The position numbers and the translations under genes were made by a program. 64,000 bases of DNA from Mobula hypostoma (lineage: Eukaryota), in NCBI RefSeq assembly GCF_963921235.1, contig NC_086108.1, positions 80,850,001-80,914,000 on the forward strand, given 5' to 3'. Every line of letters begins with the position of its first letter. Positions within the stretch are counted from its first letter, which is position 1. Below the pieces are notes generated by a model. That model saw only the letters and a list, made by a program, of their open reading frames with translations. It searched no databases and was not told the DNA's origin. Below, one piece after another: positions 52,786 to 64,000 of this stretch.

Positions 52786-54096
52786 CAGAAAACAGAAAAT
52801 ACCTAACAGACAGCAACTGTGCCAAGGGAAAAAGAACAGTTGTTTCACATCTGAACAGACAGAAATGTTAACTCTCTGGGAGGGTGATGCCTGGATGGCT
52901 GAGTATCTCCAGAATTTCCTTTTTTTGTTGGATTTCCGGGAGGGGTGATTGCAATGAAAGGAATCCAGTTAATTATCCCCGCCTGCTGAAGGTTTAATGA
53001 TTTGTGTGTAAGGGGTGAGCTACAGTTCAGGGATTAAAAAAGCAGGTGATCACATGCTGAAAATACCTTTCCAATAATGCCTCTGCAGTGCCTGATTAAC
53101 TTTTACAGCTAGTGAAACAAATGTGTTATGATACATAGGTGGAAAGGAATTTTTGTGACATATATTTGTTTTGAAGGGTGGTGGCTATTTCACACCCTTT
53201 AAAATGAAGGAATATTTCATTTTCAGCCCTGGTACCAACATTATGGCTAAATTGAAGGCATAATAAATATTCTGCATAGGTCAAGTAAAGTGGGCCGTCC
53301 ACGAGAACTCTCAAACTGAAAGCTAACGCTGACACTGCAGCCAGGAAGCCAATAACCTAATATCAAATGAACACCGCTCCTTTATGGCAGCAATCTAAAT
53401 GGTCCCGAAAGAAGGACGAAGGTAGGTAGAGAGCGTAGACGGTTAGGTCTCGAGAAGACTGGAACAAAAGGAGGGAGTTAATACCACCACAATGAAACAT
53501 TAATTGGCTGCCAAGTGCATACTTGTGAGTATGATTTCCAAACCCGTTCTACAGCCTGCCTGCAAGTGTGGGCAGACCCCACAGCAGAGTCCGTGCTTGT
53601 GACAGTAGGTGACATAACTGAAAGATCACCTCATACTTTGGGTCTTTTAATCAATGCCTCCAGAGTAAGGAATGAGAGACAAAATATCGACACATAACTG
53701 AAAAGAGATTCAGAACTCAAAGTCAAACGAAACAGGAATCGAGACATGATTGGTTTGGTGCCAATTTCTCCATTAATCAGTGTGATACAAGCAGGACCAC
53801 AAAGCTCAAGCCAATGCCTGTGGAGGAACAATAAGCAAAGAGAAAGTGAACTGCAATTTTCCAATAATTAAAACTGTGCTCTGCAGCAACCTGCTCGTCA
53901 ATAGAAAAAACAATGGCCTGGATCTAACTCAAAGATCTCGGTCAGGGCCACACCAGCTCACTAGTCAAATTTCACAATGCATTTGAATGTTGGGCAAGCA
54001 TGAACAAGTTGATCAGCACAATTTGTTCAGAGGTTTGGTTTAAGATTAAATTACAGATTTTTAACACTTTCCAGAAGAGTCCTGGATTGAACTGGC

Positions 54097-54628
54097 AACA
54101 ACAGGAATTCTGCAGATGCTGGAAATTCAAGCAACACACATCAAAGTTGCTGGTGAACGCAGCAGGCCAGGCAGCATCTATAGGAAGAGGCGCAGTCGAC
54201 GTTTCAGGCCGAGACCCTTCGTCAGGACTAACTGAAGGAAGAGTGAGTAAGGGATTTGAAAGCTGGAGGGGGAGGGGGAGATCCAAAATGATAGGAGAAG
54301 ACAGGAGGGGGAGGGATGGAGCCGAGAGCTGGACAGGTGATAGGCAAAAGGGGATACGAGAGGATCATGGGACAGGAGGTCCAGGGAGAAAGACGGGGGG
54401 GGTGACCCAGAGGATGGGCAAGAGGTATATTCAGAGGGATAGAGGGAGAAAAAGGAGAGTGAGAGAAAGAATGTGTGCATAAAAAAGAGTAACAGATGGG
54501 GTACGAGGGGGAGGTGGGGCCTAGCGGAAGTTAGAGAAGTCAATGTTCATGCCATCAGGTTGGAGGCTACCCATACGGAATATAAGGTGTTGTTCCTCCA
54601 ACCTGAGTGTGGCTTCATCTTTACAGTA
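54097..54628 (-). mobile_element. Young Penelope-like 3' fragment, nearly identical to 5096-5631
   Basis: By-eye alignment shows few differences; carries an intact hammerhead motif. Confidence 0.9.
54193..54230 (-). ncRNA. Minimal type-I hammerhead ribozyme motif
   Basis: UAGUC-CUGACGA-AGGGUCUCGGCCU-GAAAC-GUC^GACUG: all core nucleotides present, stem I UAGUC/GACUG, short stem II, palindromic ACGU stem III. Confidence 0.75.
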
Positions 54629-55050
54629 TTGACTTTATTTCTTACATCCTTCACATACATTAGCAGTAAAAATCTTTACGTTATCTCACTGTCTAAATGA
54701 GCAATGTGCAATCATAGTAATTTATAATAAATAGAACAGACAATGTAACATAGAAATACATTCAAATCAGTGTGATTAATCAGTCTGATGGCCTGGTGGA
54801 AGAAGCTGTCCTGGAGCCTGTTAGTCCTGTCTTTTATGCTGCGGTATTGTTTCCCGGATGGTAGCAAATGGAATAGATTGTGGTTGGGGTGACTCAGGTC
54901 TCCAATGATCCTTCGGGCCTTTTTCTCACACCTGTCTTTGTAAATGTCCTGAATCATGGGAAGTTCACAACTATAGATGTGCTGGGCTGTCTGCACCACT
55001 CTCTGCAGAATCCTGCAATTAAGGGAAGAACAGTTCCTATACTAGGCAAT
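54629..55050 (-). mobile_element. Rex1/Babar-like 3' fragment
   Basis: KARRIIGDLSHPNHNLFHLLPSGKQYRSIK..RLQDSFFHQAIRLIN. Confidence 0.82.
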
Positions 55051-55439
55051 ATTGCCCTGAGTAATTAGGTTTCCTCCACTCCTAATTTGACAAAATGGCC
55101 CTAACCAATACAATGAATGGCATTTCCTGTAACAGTGGCCATGGTTCTGATACAGAATCTTCACCTGAAGCATCAGCCACCCCTCTGCCCACACAGATGA
55201 TGCTTGACTCAGTTCTTCCAGCAGTTTGTTTAGTGCACCTGGGTGGCTACCATTTCCTCCCTTTTCATCAATTTGGAATTCTTCCAAGAACAAATCCATG
55301 TTATTCGCCTCACACATCTTTATGCTGTCCCCTAAGCATCAAAGAGATACCACGAACTTCTACACATTGACTCTCTACCTTCGCCTCAGGCTCCTACCTT
55401 GACCTGACACATTAAATCTTTCCAGAGATGCTGATAATC

Positions 55440-56105
55440 TCCAGCCTTCTCCAGGTATCCCTTCATGCCCTGACTAATCAAGAATCTATCAACCCCTGCG
55501 TTAAATATACATAATGACATGACCTCCACAGCTGCCTGTGGCAATGAATTGCACAGATTCACCACTATTTGGCTAAAAAAAAAATCCTTCTCATTCCTGT
55601 TCTAAATGAACGCCCCACTATGCTGAGGTTGGGCCCTCTGGTCCTAAACTCCCCCACTATAGGAAACAACCTCCCCACATCCACTCTACCTAGAACTTCA
55701 ACATTGAATAGGTTTCAATGAGGTCCCTCCTCATTCTTCTAAATCCCAATGAGTACAGGCCTAGAGCCATCAAACGCTCCTCACATGATAAGCTCTTCAT
55801 TTTCAGAATCATTCTTGTGAACCTCTTTTGAACCCTTTCTAATGTCAGCACATGCTTTTTAAGATAAGGAGCCCAAAACTGCTCACTATACTCCAAGTGA
55901 TGCCTCACCAGTGCTTTATAAAGCTTGGACATTACATCCTTGCTTTTATATTCTAGTCCTCTCAAAATGAATGCTAACATCGCATTTGCCTTTCTCACCA
56001 CCAATCCAACCTACAAATTAACTCTTAGGGAATCCTGCATGAGGACTCCTAAGTCCCTTTGCACCTCAGATTTTTGAATTTTCACACCATTTAGAAAATA
56101 GTCTA
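55440..56105 (-). mobile_element. CR1 3' fragment
   Basis: KANAMLAFILRGLEYKSKDV..LYKALVRHHLEY..QFWAPYL. Confidence 0.88.
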
Positions 56106-56326
56106 CCCAGAGTGAAGGTGGCTAATGTTCCTCAAACGATTGGCTATTGACGCAACCTGAACTCCATGCTCACCTCAATAAGGGCCAATTAAATCAATTA
56201 CTTCTGTCCTCATGTTCATCCTAGGAAACTTCACATTATCACACTGACATACAAAATACATATTCTAGCTAGTCTTTTTGGTCAGAGTGGTTATACAGGC
56301 CAGGAAAGATGGCATGGTGTCACAGT

Positions 56327-57179
56327 TGTGACGAGAATACACATAGATTAAGATGTAGCTGGCCTGTGCTGGCACCAGTGGGATCAGCAGTTGGTCTGCC
56401 ACCTGTCTTCAGGAGAGAGAGATATAAGGAAAACAATGGAGCAGCATTTGGAGATGTTAATGAAGGGGAAGGAGAGCTGGCAAGATCGGCTCCCCCTTTG
56501 AACCCTGAACTGTTTGAAGTGATGGACAGGCAATACCCCAGCAGGGGGATAAAAAAGGACAGGTTTGCTAAGGCAGGACACACACGACACCCGAGGTAAC
56601 GAGACCCTGGAAGCGGTGCGTCTCTCACAAGTCGGTGGGAAGTTTTGGAAGGCCGGTTGTGGGACCAGGCCATAGATGCACAGGGTGGAAAGGCACGATT
56701 GGCGGGAACCTGGTATGTGTCCACCCTTGCCTGGGTGCCGGGTTCACCGCAGAGAAACGATCGTATCTGGAAATGGAGGGGTCACAGTCGTTGACCTCAG
56801 ATGACATCACAAAGGACTCGCCCGAAAGCTGACTGCGAAGGTCTGTGTGTGGAAACCGTTTGAATATTCATTCGTTTTGCTCTCTCTCTCCTTCCCTCCA
56901 CTGTCTGTGAACTGAACTGAACTAAATTGAACTGAACTTTGCGTCACTTGGAAACTGGTCATTTACCCCTAGCCAACGATAGAGCTTGATTGATCCTGTT
57001 ATCTTAATTCTGTGTACATGTGTGTTTATCATTGCTGAACTGTTGCATTTATTATCCTTTTGATTAGAGTACTGTGTTGCTTGTTTCTTTAATAAAACTT
57101 TCTTAGTTCTAGTAATCCAGACTCCAACTGAGTGATCCATTTCTGCTGGTTTGGCAACCCAGTTACGGGGTACGTAACA
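56327..57179 (+). mobile_element. Solo LTR (853 bp, Gypsy-like) with 4-bp TSD
   Basis: TGTGACG...CGTAACA termini; CAGT at 56323-56326 and 57180-57183; GATAAAA near 56548; AATAAA at 57091. Confidence 0.88.
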
Positions 57180-57611
57180 CAGTTGTTAGCTCCACTATCT
57201 CACAGCTTCTGTGTCCTGGGTTCATTTTGACCAAGGCTGCTGTCTGTGTGGTGTTTGCATGATATCTCTGAGAAGATGTGGGTGCTCAAAACACTCTGGT
57301 TTCTTCCCACATCCCAAACATGTTGTGGTAGGTGAATTAATGACTGTACAATTACTTCTTAATTCAGGTTAGTGATAAACAGAGACAGAGTGGAGCGACG
57401 AACATGGAAAAGAGACTATATGTTGCAGAGGTACAGGGAAATAAGGAAAGGGAATCGGACTGTTGGGATTGACCCCCAGAACCCCATTAGACAAATGACC
57501 CCCCCTCTGGGACATATAAACTGTAAGGTGTGAGATTGTGGAGTCAGCAGATCTGAGCTAGGACAATGGAAAGATAAAGGAGAAAAACAAAAGAAGCTGT
57601 TGGGTGACCAA

Positions 57612-58395
57612 TCACAAACAAGAGAAAATCTGCAGGTGCTGGAAATCCAAGCAACACACACAATATGCTGGAGGAACTCGGCTGGCCAGATAGCATCTCG
57701 GAAAAGAGTACAGTCGATGTTTCGGGCCAGGACCCCTCATCAGGACTGGAGAATAAAGATGAGAAGTCAGCATAAAAAGGTGAGGGGGAGGCGGGAAGAG
57801 GAAATACCAGGTGGTAGGTGTTAGGTGAAACTGGAAAAGGGAAGGGGTGAAGTAAAGAGCTGGTAAGTCGATTGGTGAAAGAGATAAAAGCCTGGAAAAG
57901 GGGGAATCTGATCGGAGAGGATAGAAGGCAATGGAAGAAAGGGAAGTGGGGAGCACCAGGGGGAGGTGATGGATAGGTAAGGAGATAAGGTGAGGGAGAG
58001 AAATGGGAATGTGGAATGGGAAATGGTGAAGGAGGGTGAAGTCCATGACCAGAAGTTTGAGAAATGGATGCTCATGCCATCAGGTTGGAGGCTACCCAGA
58101 CGGAATATAAAGTGTTGCTTCTCCAAACCCGAGTGTAGCCTCATTGCAGCAGTAGAGGAAGCCATGGACTGACATATTGGTAAGGGAACGGGAAGTAGAA
58201 TTAAATGGGTGGCCACTGGGCAGTCTTGCTTTTTCTGGCATAGGTGCTTGGAGAAGTGGCCTTCCAATCTACATCAGGTCTCACCAATATACAGGAGCCT
58301 CATCGGGAACAACAGACACAGTATATGACCCCAACAGACTCACAGGTGAAGTGTTGCCACTTGGAAGAACTGTTTGGGGCTCTGAATGGTAATAA
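57612..58395 (-). mobile_element. Penelope-like element 3' part (left arm of inverted pair)
   Basis: PVATH..KQHFIFRLGSLQPDGMS; hammerhead motif at 57711-57748. Confidence 0.88.
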
Positions 58396-58419
58396 AGGAG
58401 GAAGTGTAGGGGCTCCCTA

Positions 58420-59255
58420 TGTGACTCCCTTGTCCATTCATCCATCCTCACTGATATCCCTCCTGGCACTTATCCTTGCAAGTGGAACAAGTGCTACACC
58501 TTCCCCTACACCTCCTCCCCCCCAGTACTATTCAGGGCTTCATACAGTCCTTCCAGGTGAGGCGACACTTCACCTGTGCATCTGTAAGGGTCATATACTG
58601 TGACTGGTGCTCCCGGTGTGGCCTCTTGTATATCGGTGAGGCCCGACGTAGATTGGGAGACAGCTACGCCGAGCACTTATGCTCCATCCGCCAGAAAAAG
58701 TGGGATCTCCCAGTGGCCACCCATTTTAATTGCACTTCCCATTGCCATTCCGACATGTCAGTCCATGGCCTCCTCTACTGTCGCGATGATGCCACACGCA
58801 GGTTGGAGGAGCAACACCTTGTATTTCATTTGGGTAGCCTCCAGCCTGATGGCATGAACACCAATTTCTCGAACTTCTGTTAATGCCCCTCCTCCCCTTC
58901 ACCATTCCCCTCTCTCACCTTATCTTCTGATCTGCCCATCACCTCCCCTGATGCTTCCCCCCTTCCCTTTTCCATGGCCTTCTGCCCTCTCTTATCAGAC
59001 TCCCCCTTCTCCAGCCCTTTATCTCTTTCACCAATCGAATTCCCAGCTCTTTAGTTCAGTCCTCCCCCTCTCCCAGTTTCATCCATCACCCACCACCTGG
59101 CATCTCTTCCTCCCCTCCCTCCATCATATTAATCTGACTTCTCATCTTTTTTTCTCAGTCCTGCTGAAGGGTCTAGGCCTGAAATGTCGACTGTACTCTT
59201 TTCCATAGATGCTGCCTGGCCTGCTGAGTTCCTCCAGCATTTTGTGTGTGTTGCT
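58420..59255 (+). mobile_element. Penelope-like element 3' part with open GIY-YIG ORF (right arm)
   Basis: ORF 58476..58883: FTCASVRVIYCDWCSRCGLLYIGE..EH..PVATHFN..EEQHLVFHLGSLQPDGMN. Confidence 0.9.
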
Positions 59256-60088
59256 AGGTGACCATTTAAGTTTACGGGCCAGCACTGTCATGGACGTGTA
59301 CGCTTGGAAATGAATCAGGCTCTCCTAAACAAATGATCTTTCTCTTTATCTGAGAATAAACAGTCTGAGGGCAATGATGGCATCTTGTTCTCCCACATAA
59401 AAGTGAACTTCAATGAGATTCCTGCCTCAGTACCTTGGCATTACTGAGACTGACCGCGTAACATCGTTTATTACCTGGTGACAGCTTTCAAACAATAATG
59501 TACTGTAAAGTTAAATTGCTTGAAAAGAAATGTCATTTTTCAAGGCAACATGGCTGCCATGTGTATATGTGTCAGTAACTGTAAATAACAACAGCCATGC
59601 GGGTATAACAGAGCGTATAAATCAAATGGTTTCTCACAATATCAAAACATGAAGGGCTGTCTGAAGTGGTTTATGACTGTCAGCAGGATCCTGTGGTTGG
59701 ATTTGAGGCCTTAAACATCTATTACATATTAACCGCAAATTTCAAACAGAAAATGCAGTTCTCATCCCAGAGCTGTCCGCAGGGATATTACTGGCAAAGC
59801 AGGTCAAATATGTTGACTGGCTGTGTGGTTGTGACCAAATTTTATTTGTTGCCATGAGGGAAATGTGCTGGCGACCAGTAACAATGAGAAAACACATGAT
59901 TACTCTGCAAGCAGAATAAGCACATTCTGGTGGTAAAGTTGTTGTGTGAGAAAATAGCTATCATTGGTATGATTCCTTCTCCTTGGCATCAACACAGAGT
60001 GTTTGATTTCCTGAGGAATTTAAATGAGGAAAATAATTGTATTGAAATGGAAAACCCCTAAAATTTTGTGGTATGTTCTGTGATTATT

Positions 60089-61379
60089 ATAGACAATAGA
60101 CAATAGGTGCAGGAGTAGGCCATTCGGCCCTTTGAGCCAGCACCACCATTCACTGTGATCATGGCTGATCATCCACAATCAGTACCCCATTCCTGCCTTC
60201 TCCCCATTTCCCTTGACTCCGCTATCTTTAAGAGCTCTATCTAACTCTTTCTTGAAAGCATCCAAAAAATTGGCCTCCACTTGGTCTTCTGAGGCAGAGC
60301 ATTCCACAGATCCACAACCCTCTGTGTGAAAAAGTTTTTCCTCAACTCCGTTATAAATGGCCTACCCCTTATTCTTAAACTGTGGCCTCTGGTTCTGGAC
60401 TCCCCCAACATCGGGAACATGTTTCCTGCCTCTAGCGTGTCCAATCCCTTAATAATCTTATATGTTTCAATCAGATCACCCTCATCCTTCTAAATTCCAG
60501 TGTATACAAGCCCAGTCACTCCAATCTTTTAACATATGACAGTCCTGCCATCCCGGGAATTAACCTCATGAACCTCCGCTGCACTCCCTCCATAGCAAGA
60601 ATGCCACCCCACCCCCTCTGCCCACCTGTCTGTCCTTTCGATAGGACATATACCCTTGAATATTCATTGCCCACCCCTGGTCCTCTTGCAGCCATGTCTC
60701 TGTTATTCCTACATCATACTTACCAATTTCCAACTGAGCCTCAAGCTCATCCACTTTATTTCTTATACTTCGTGCATTTGTATATCATGCTTTTAATCCA
60801 TTACTCCCCTCACCTTTCACATCGATTCCTATTGCACTGGCCATACTCTCCGATCCCTTCCTGAGCTTTCTGCCCCGTTAATTCTGTTGTCTTTCTTAAC
60901 TTTTCTTATTCTCTCTTTCCCTTTAACTCCATCCTTATATTTCCAGTTCATCTCCTCCCCCCACTACTTAGTTTAACCACACCTGTGTAGCAAACCTGCC
61001 TGCCAGAATGCTGGTCCCCCGCATGTTAAGGTGCAACCCGTCCCTTTTATACAATTCACCCTTACCCCAAAACAAATCCCAGTGGTCTAAGAATCTAAAT
61101 CCTTGCTCCCTGCACCAGCTCCTCAGCCACACATTCAGATCCCCTATCTCCCTGTTCTTGCCCACTCCAGCACGAGGAACTGGAAGCAAACCGGAGATAA
61201 CCACCCTGGAAGTCCTGCTTTTCAGCCTTCTTCCGAGTTCTCTGAAGTCACGCTGCAGAATTTCTTTCCTCTTCTTCCCCACGTCATTTGTGCCGACATG
61301 CACCACCACTTCCGGATGTTCACCTTCACTCTTGAGGATGCCCTGCAATCGGTCCATGACATCCTGGATCCTGGCACCA
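60089..61379 (-). mobile_element. CR1 with ORF1 esterase-like domain and a large internal ORF2 deletion
   Basis: GARIQDV..PEVVVHVGTNDVG..VVISGLLPVP..YKRDGLHLN (SGNH-like); VGITETWL..RKDR..GGGVA joins near 60600 to the ORF2 C-terminus and tail. Confidence 0.9.
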
Positions 61380-61592
61380 TTATCACATTTATCACGTGAA
61401 AGCAGCAACTTCACACCTTTCTTCATGTGTGAATGCTTAGCCGCTGCTAAATATTATTCAAAATTTCCAAAGGATCAGGCCTACTGTAACATTAATTTCC
61501 AGATCTTAACGTTTGTGTGTTTATGTGTTAATACAAGTTGCTAATTAACTTAGTCTAATTGCAGCAGGCGGAGTTAATAATAGTATTAGTAT

Positions 61593-61730
61593 TACGAGGT
61601 TGAGTTGCTAGCTCGACGCTCAACCCAGCACAGATGGAAAACATGCGAGGGCCCCGGCTGGATTCGAACTCTGGAGCCTTCGGCTGGTGGCGTAGTGGCA
61701 TCAGCGCCGGACTTCGGAGCGAAGGCTAAA
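61593..61730 (-). mobile_element. tRNA-derived SINE-like repeat
   Basis: B-box-like GAGTTCGAATCC on the minus strand; CpG-rich; no full cloverleaf. Confidence 0.5.
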
Positions 61731-62087
61731 TAGTGCAGTGCTATATTTTTTTTGATGAGATGCAATCCAATTTCAATTTTATCTGGAGGCAATTGTTGCA
61801 ACGCTTGCTTCCAGGTTAAATCATACCAACTGCAAAACTGGACCGGGCTGTTCTGCTTGCAATTGACTTTAGTGGCTGACCCCAACAGGTATGGTAACCC
61901 AAGTTAATTACTATTCATGCAACACCCATTTCCACCTTACAGACGTAAGGGGACCTCAGAAGCTCCACATTACAAATGTCAGACTCACACCAACATTCAC
62001 CTTGCACCAGTTGGAGGCATTTCTTCCCATTTAAGGGTACACCCTGCTGACATTGGGAGAGTTGACCAGACATTTGTCTAGACTCCA

Positions 62088-62500
62088 CAGCCCTGATGAA
62101 GGGTCTCAGCCTGAAATGTCAACCGTTTATTCATTTCCATAGATGCTGCCTGACCTGCTGAGTTCCTTCAGCATTTTGTGTGTCTTGCTTTGTATTTCCA
62201 GCATCTGGAGAATCTCTTGTGTTTATGATTTGACATGATTTTAAGGTGATTGGAGGAAAGTATAGGGGCGATGTCAAAGGTAGCTTTCTTCTAACACAGA
62301 GTGTGGATATGTGCAATGCACTGCTGGGGGTGATGGTGGAGGCAGATTCATTGGGGACATTTAAAAGACTCTTAGATAGGCATATGAGTGAAAGAAAAAT
62401 GGAGGAATATGTGGGAGGGAAGGGTTAGATCGATCTTGGAGTAGGTTAAAAGGACAGCACAACATTGTGGGCTGAAGGGCCTGTACTGTTCTGTGCTCTA
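62088..62500 (+). mobile_element. PLE terminal fragment (62088-62225) followed by a CR1 3' end
   Basis: CTGATGA-AGGGTCTCAGCCT-GAAATGTC; then GGKYRGDVKG..VEADSLGTFKRLLDRHM. Confidence 0.8.
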
Positions 62501-63822
62501 GGCATCTTCACAGCTGACTGGATGCTTCCCGAACACCTTACAAAATCCACACAGTATACTAGCTATCTGCTAATATCTTTACACATGTAACAGCTCATTT
62601 GTGGAAGCTCTTTATGGGCAGAACTGGGACAGTGGGTCCAGGTCCTAGTTCAGGCAGGCAGGAGTTAATTCTAGCCCTGGTCAGCCTCTCAGAACACTTC
62701 ATCTCAGTTGAAGTGAGTGCTGCTGGGCAATAGTCTTTGGGGCAATTCTATCCCTGTTATTCTTTCCTGTAATACCATGTGCTCATATCTTCTTAAGCAG
62801 CCTCATGTGTGGCACTTTGGTAAACACCTTCTGAAAATCCAAGTAGGCAACACCCACTGATTCTTCTTTGTCTATCCCATCTGTTATTTCCTCCAAGAAT
62901 TCCAGCAGATTTGTCCAGCAAGATTTTTCATCAAAGAAGCTATGCCGACTTTATTTTATCTTGTGCCTCCAAGTATCCTGAAATCTCATCCTCAATAATG
63001 GACTCCAACATCTTCCCAACCACTAAAGTCAGGCTAACTGGCCTATCATTTTTTTTCTGCCTCTGTCCTTTCTCAGTATGGTTTACTCACGGGCTTCCTG
63101 TGTTACAAATGATTTGACTGATAGAAATCTGACTTCAGGCAAATTACCCCAGAATTAACTATTAGCTGCGTGAGGGAGCTGAGTGTATATAAGTTATACA
63201 GTGCTACTTCCTCATTACAACCCCAAAACTGCTCCCTTGGCTGCGGTTTGGACAGGTGCTTTATAAAAGCAAGATTCTCTTTTAAAAGTCAAACAACAAA
63301 GTTGTGTGGTGAGCTGGTGCTCTGGGGTGGAGAGACGGTAAAGTTGTAATGAGGAAATAGAGTTAGTTCATACACATGAAGTTCCCTCAGATTTTTTAGA
63401 GGAAGGAGGGGTGTTGGTTGATAATACAATTACTGCTCCTGCAATGATTGTGTAACTGTCTGAGAGAAGAAGCAACAGATCTGTTTGATATCACATACAA
63501 AGGCAGTACCTTGACGAGTGTGACACTCCCTAAGGTTTGGGCTAACAGCCTGGTACATTGTGGGCAGAGCTCAGGAGCGGCATCTCAACCCATAACCTCT
63601 TTGATTCAGGGGTAACATCAGTGGGCAGCGCTGGCACAGCTGGTAGTGCAGCTGCCTCACCAGTCCAGTCACCTAGACTTGACCCTTACCTCCAGAGATA
63701 TCTACACGGAGTTAAAAAGTCAAAGGTTGAGTTGATTTTCATATGCACAAGTGCGTGTGTGCTCAGCAGCAAAGAAGTGCTCACCTTCAGCAGCATCATG
63801 GACGTTAGAGGAACAACGTGTG

Positions 63823-64000
63823 CGGCACCGTAGCATAGCGGTTAGCACCTCGCTTTACAGCACCAGACAGCGATCAGCGAAAGGGGTTCGATTCTCGCTG
63901 TTGCCTGTGAGAAGTTTGTACATCCTCTCCATGCACGAGAGTTTCCTCTGAATCCTCTGGTTTCCTCTGAATCCTCTGGTTTCCTCCCACATTCTAACGA
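63823..64000 (+). mobile_element. HE1/V-SINE-like SINE running off the window end
   Basis: A-box-like tagcatagcggttagc, B-box GGTTCGATTC, core ggtttcctcccacat; internal 19-bp duplication. Confidence 0.75.

Noticed and set aside
53524..53621. Possible minus-strand exon (tctttcag|TTATG...CAA|gtatgc)
   Set aside because: Two frames are open but neither is recognisable; donor is weak and it cannot be linked to other exons
61640..61730. tRNA gene
   Set aside because: B-box present but no cloverleaf; better explained as a SINE head
1..64000. Prokaryotic systems (CRISPR arrays, operons, retrons)
   Set aside because: Vertebrate repeat-rich DNA; no regularly spaced repeat-spacer array; RT fragments are LINE- or PLE-derived

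Overview
Eukaryotic, repeat-dominated vertebrate DNA. The mix of CR1 LINEs, Rex1/Babar LINEs, Penelope-like elements (PLEs) and HE1-like SINEs points to a cartilaginous fish, probably a ray (inference). There is one clear host gene: a + strand exon (19646-20857) encoding a type-I membrane protein with a signal peptide, about 5 LRRs plus LRRCT, a TM helix, a CC-RRRR juxtamembrane motif and a tyrosine-motif-rich tail. A CpG-rich block at about 2.25-3.87 kb looks like a divergent promoter. It holds a TATA/Inr/donor first exon on the - strand and a candidate in-frame first coding exon for the LRR gene on the + strand. The rest is nested TE debris: CR1, Rex1/Babar, a decayed hAT transposase, a Tc1 derivative, a solo LTR with TSD, and SINEs. 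About ten PLE termini carry a minimal type-I hammerhead ribozyme motif, with one intact copy at 54193-54230 (-). TE boundaries were read by eye and are approximate.
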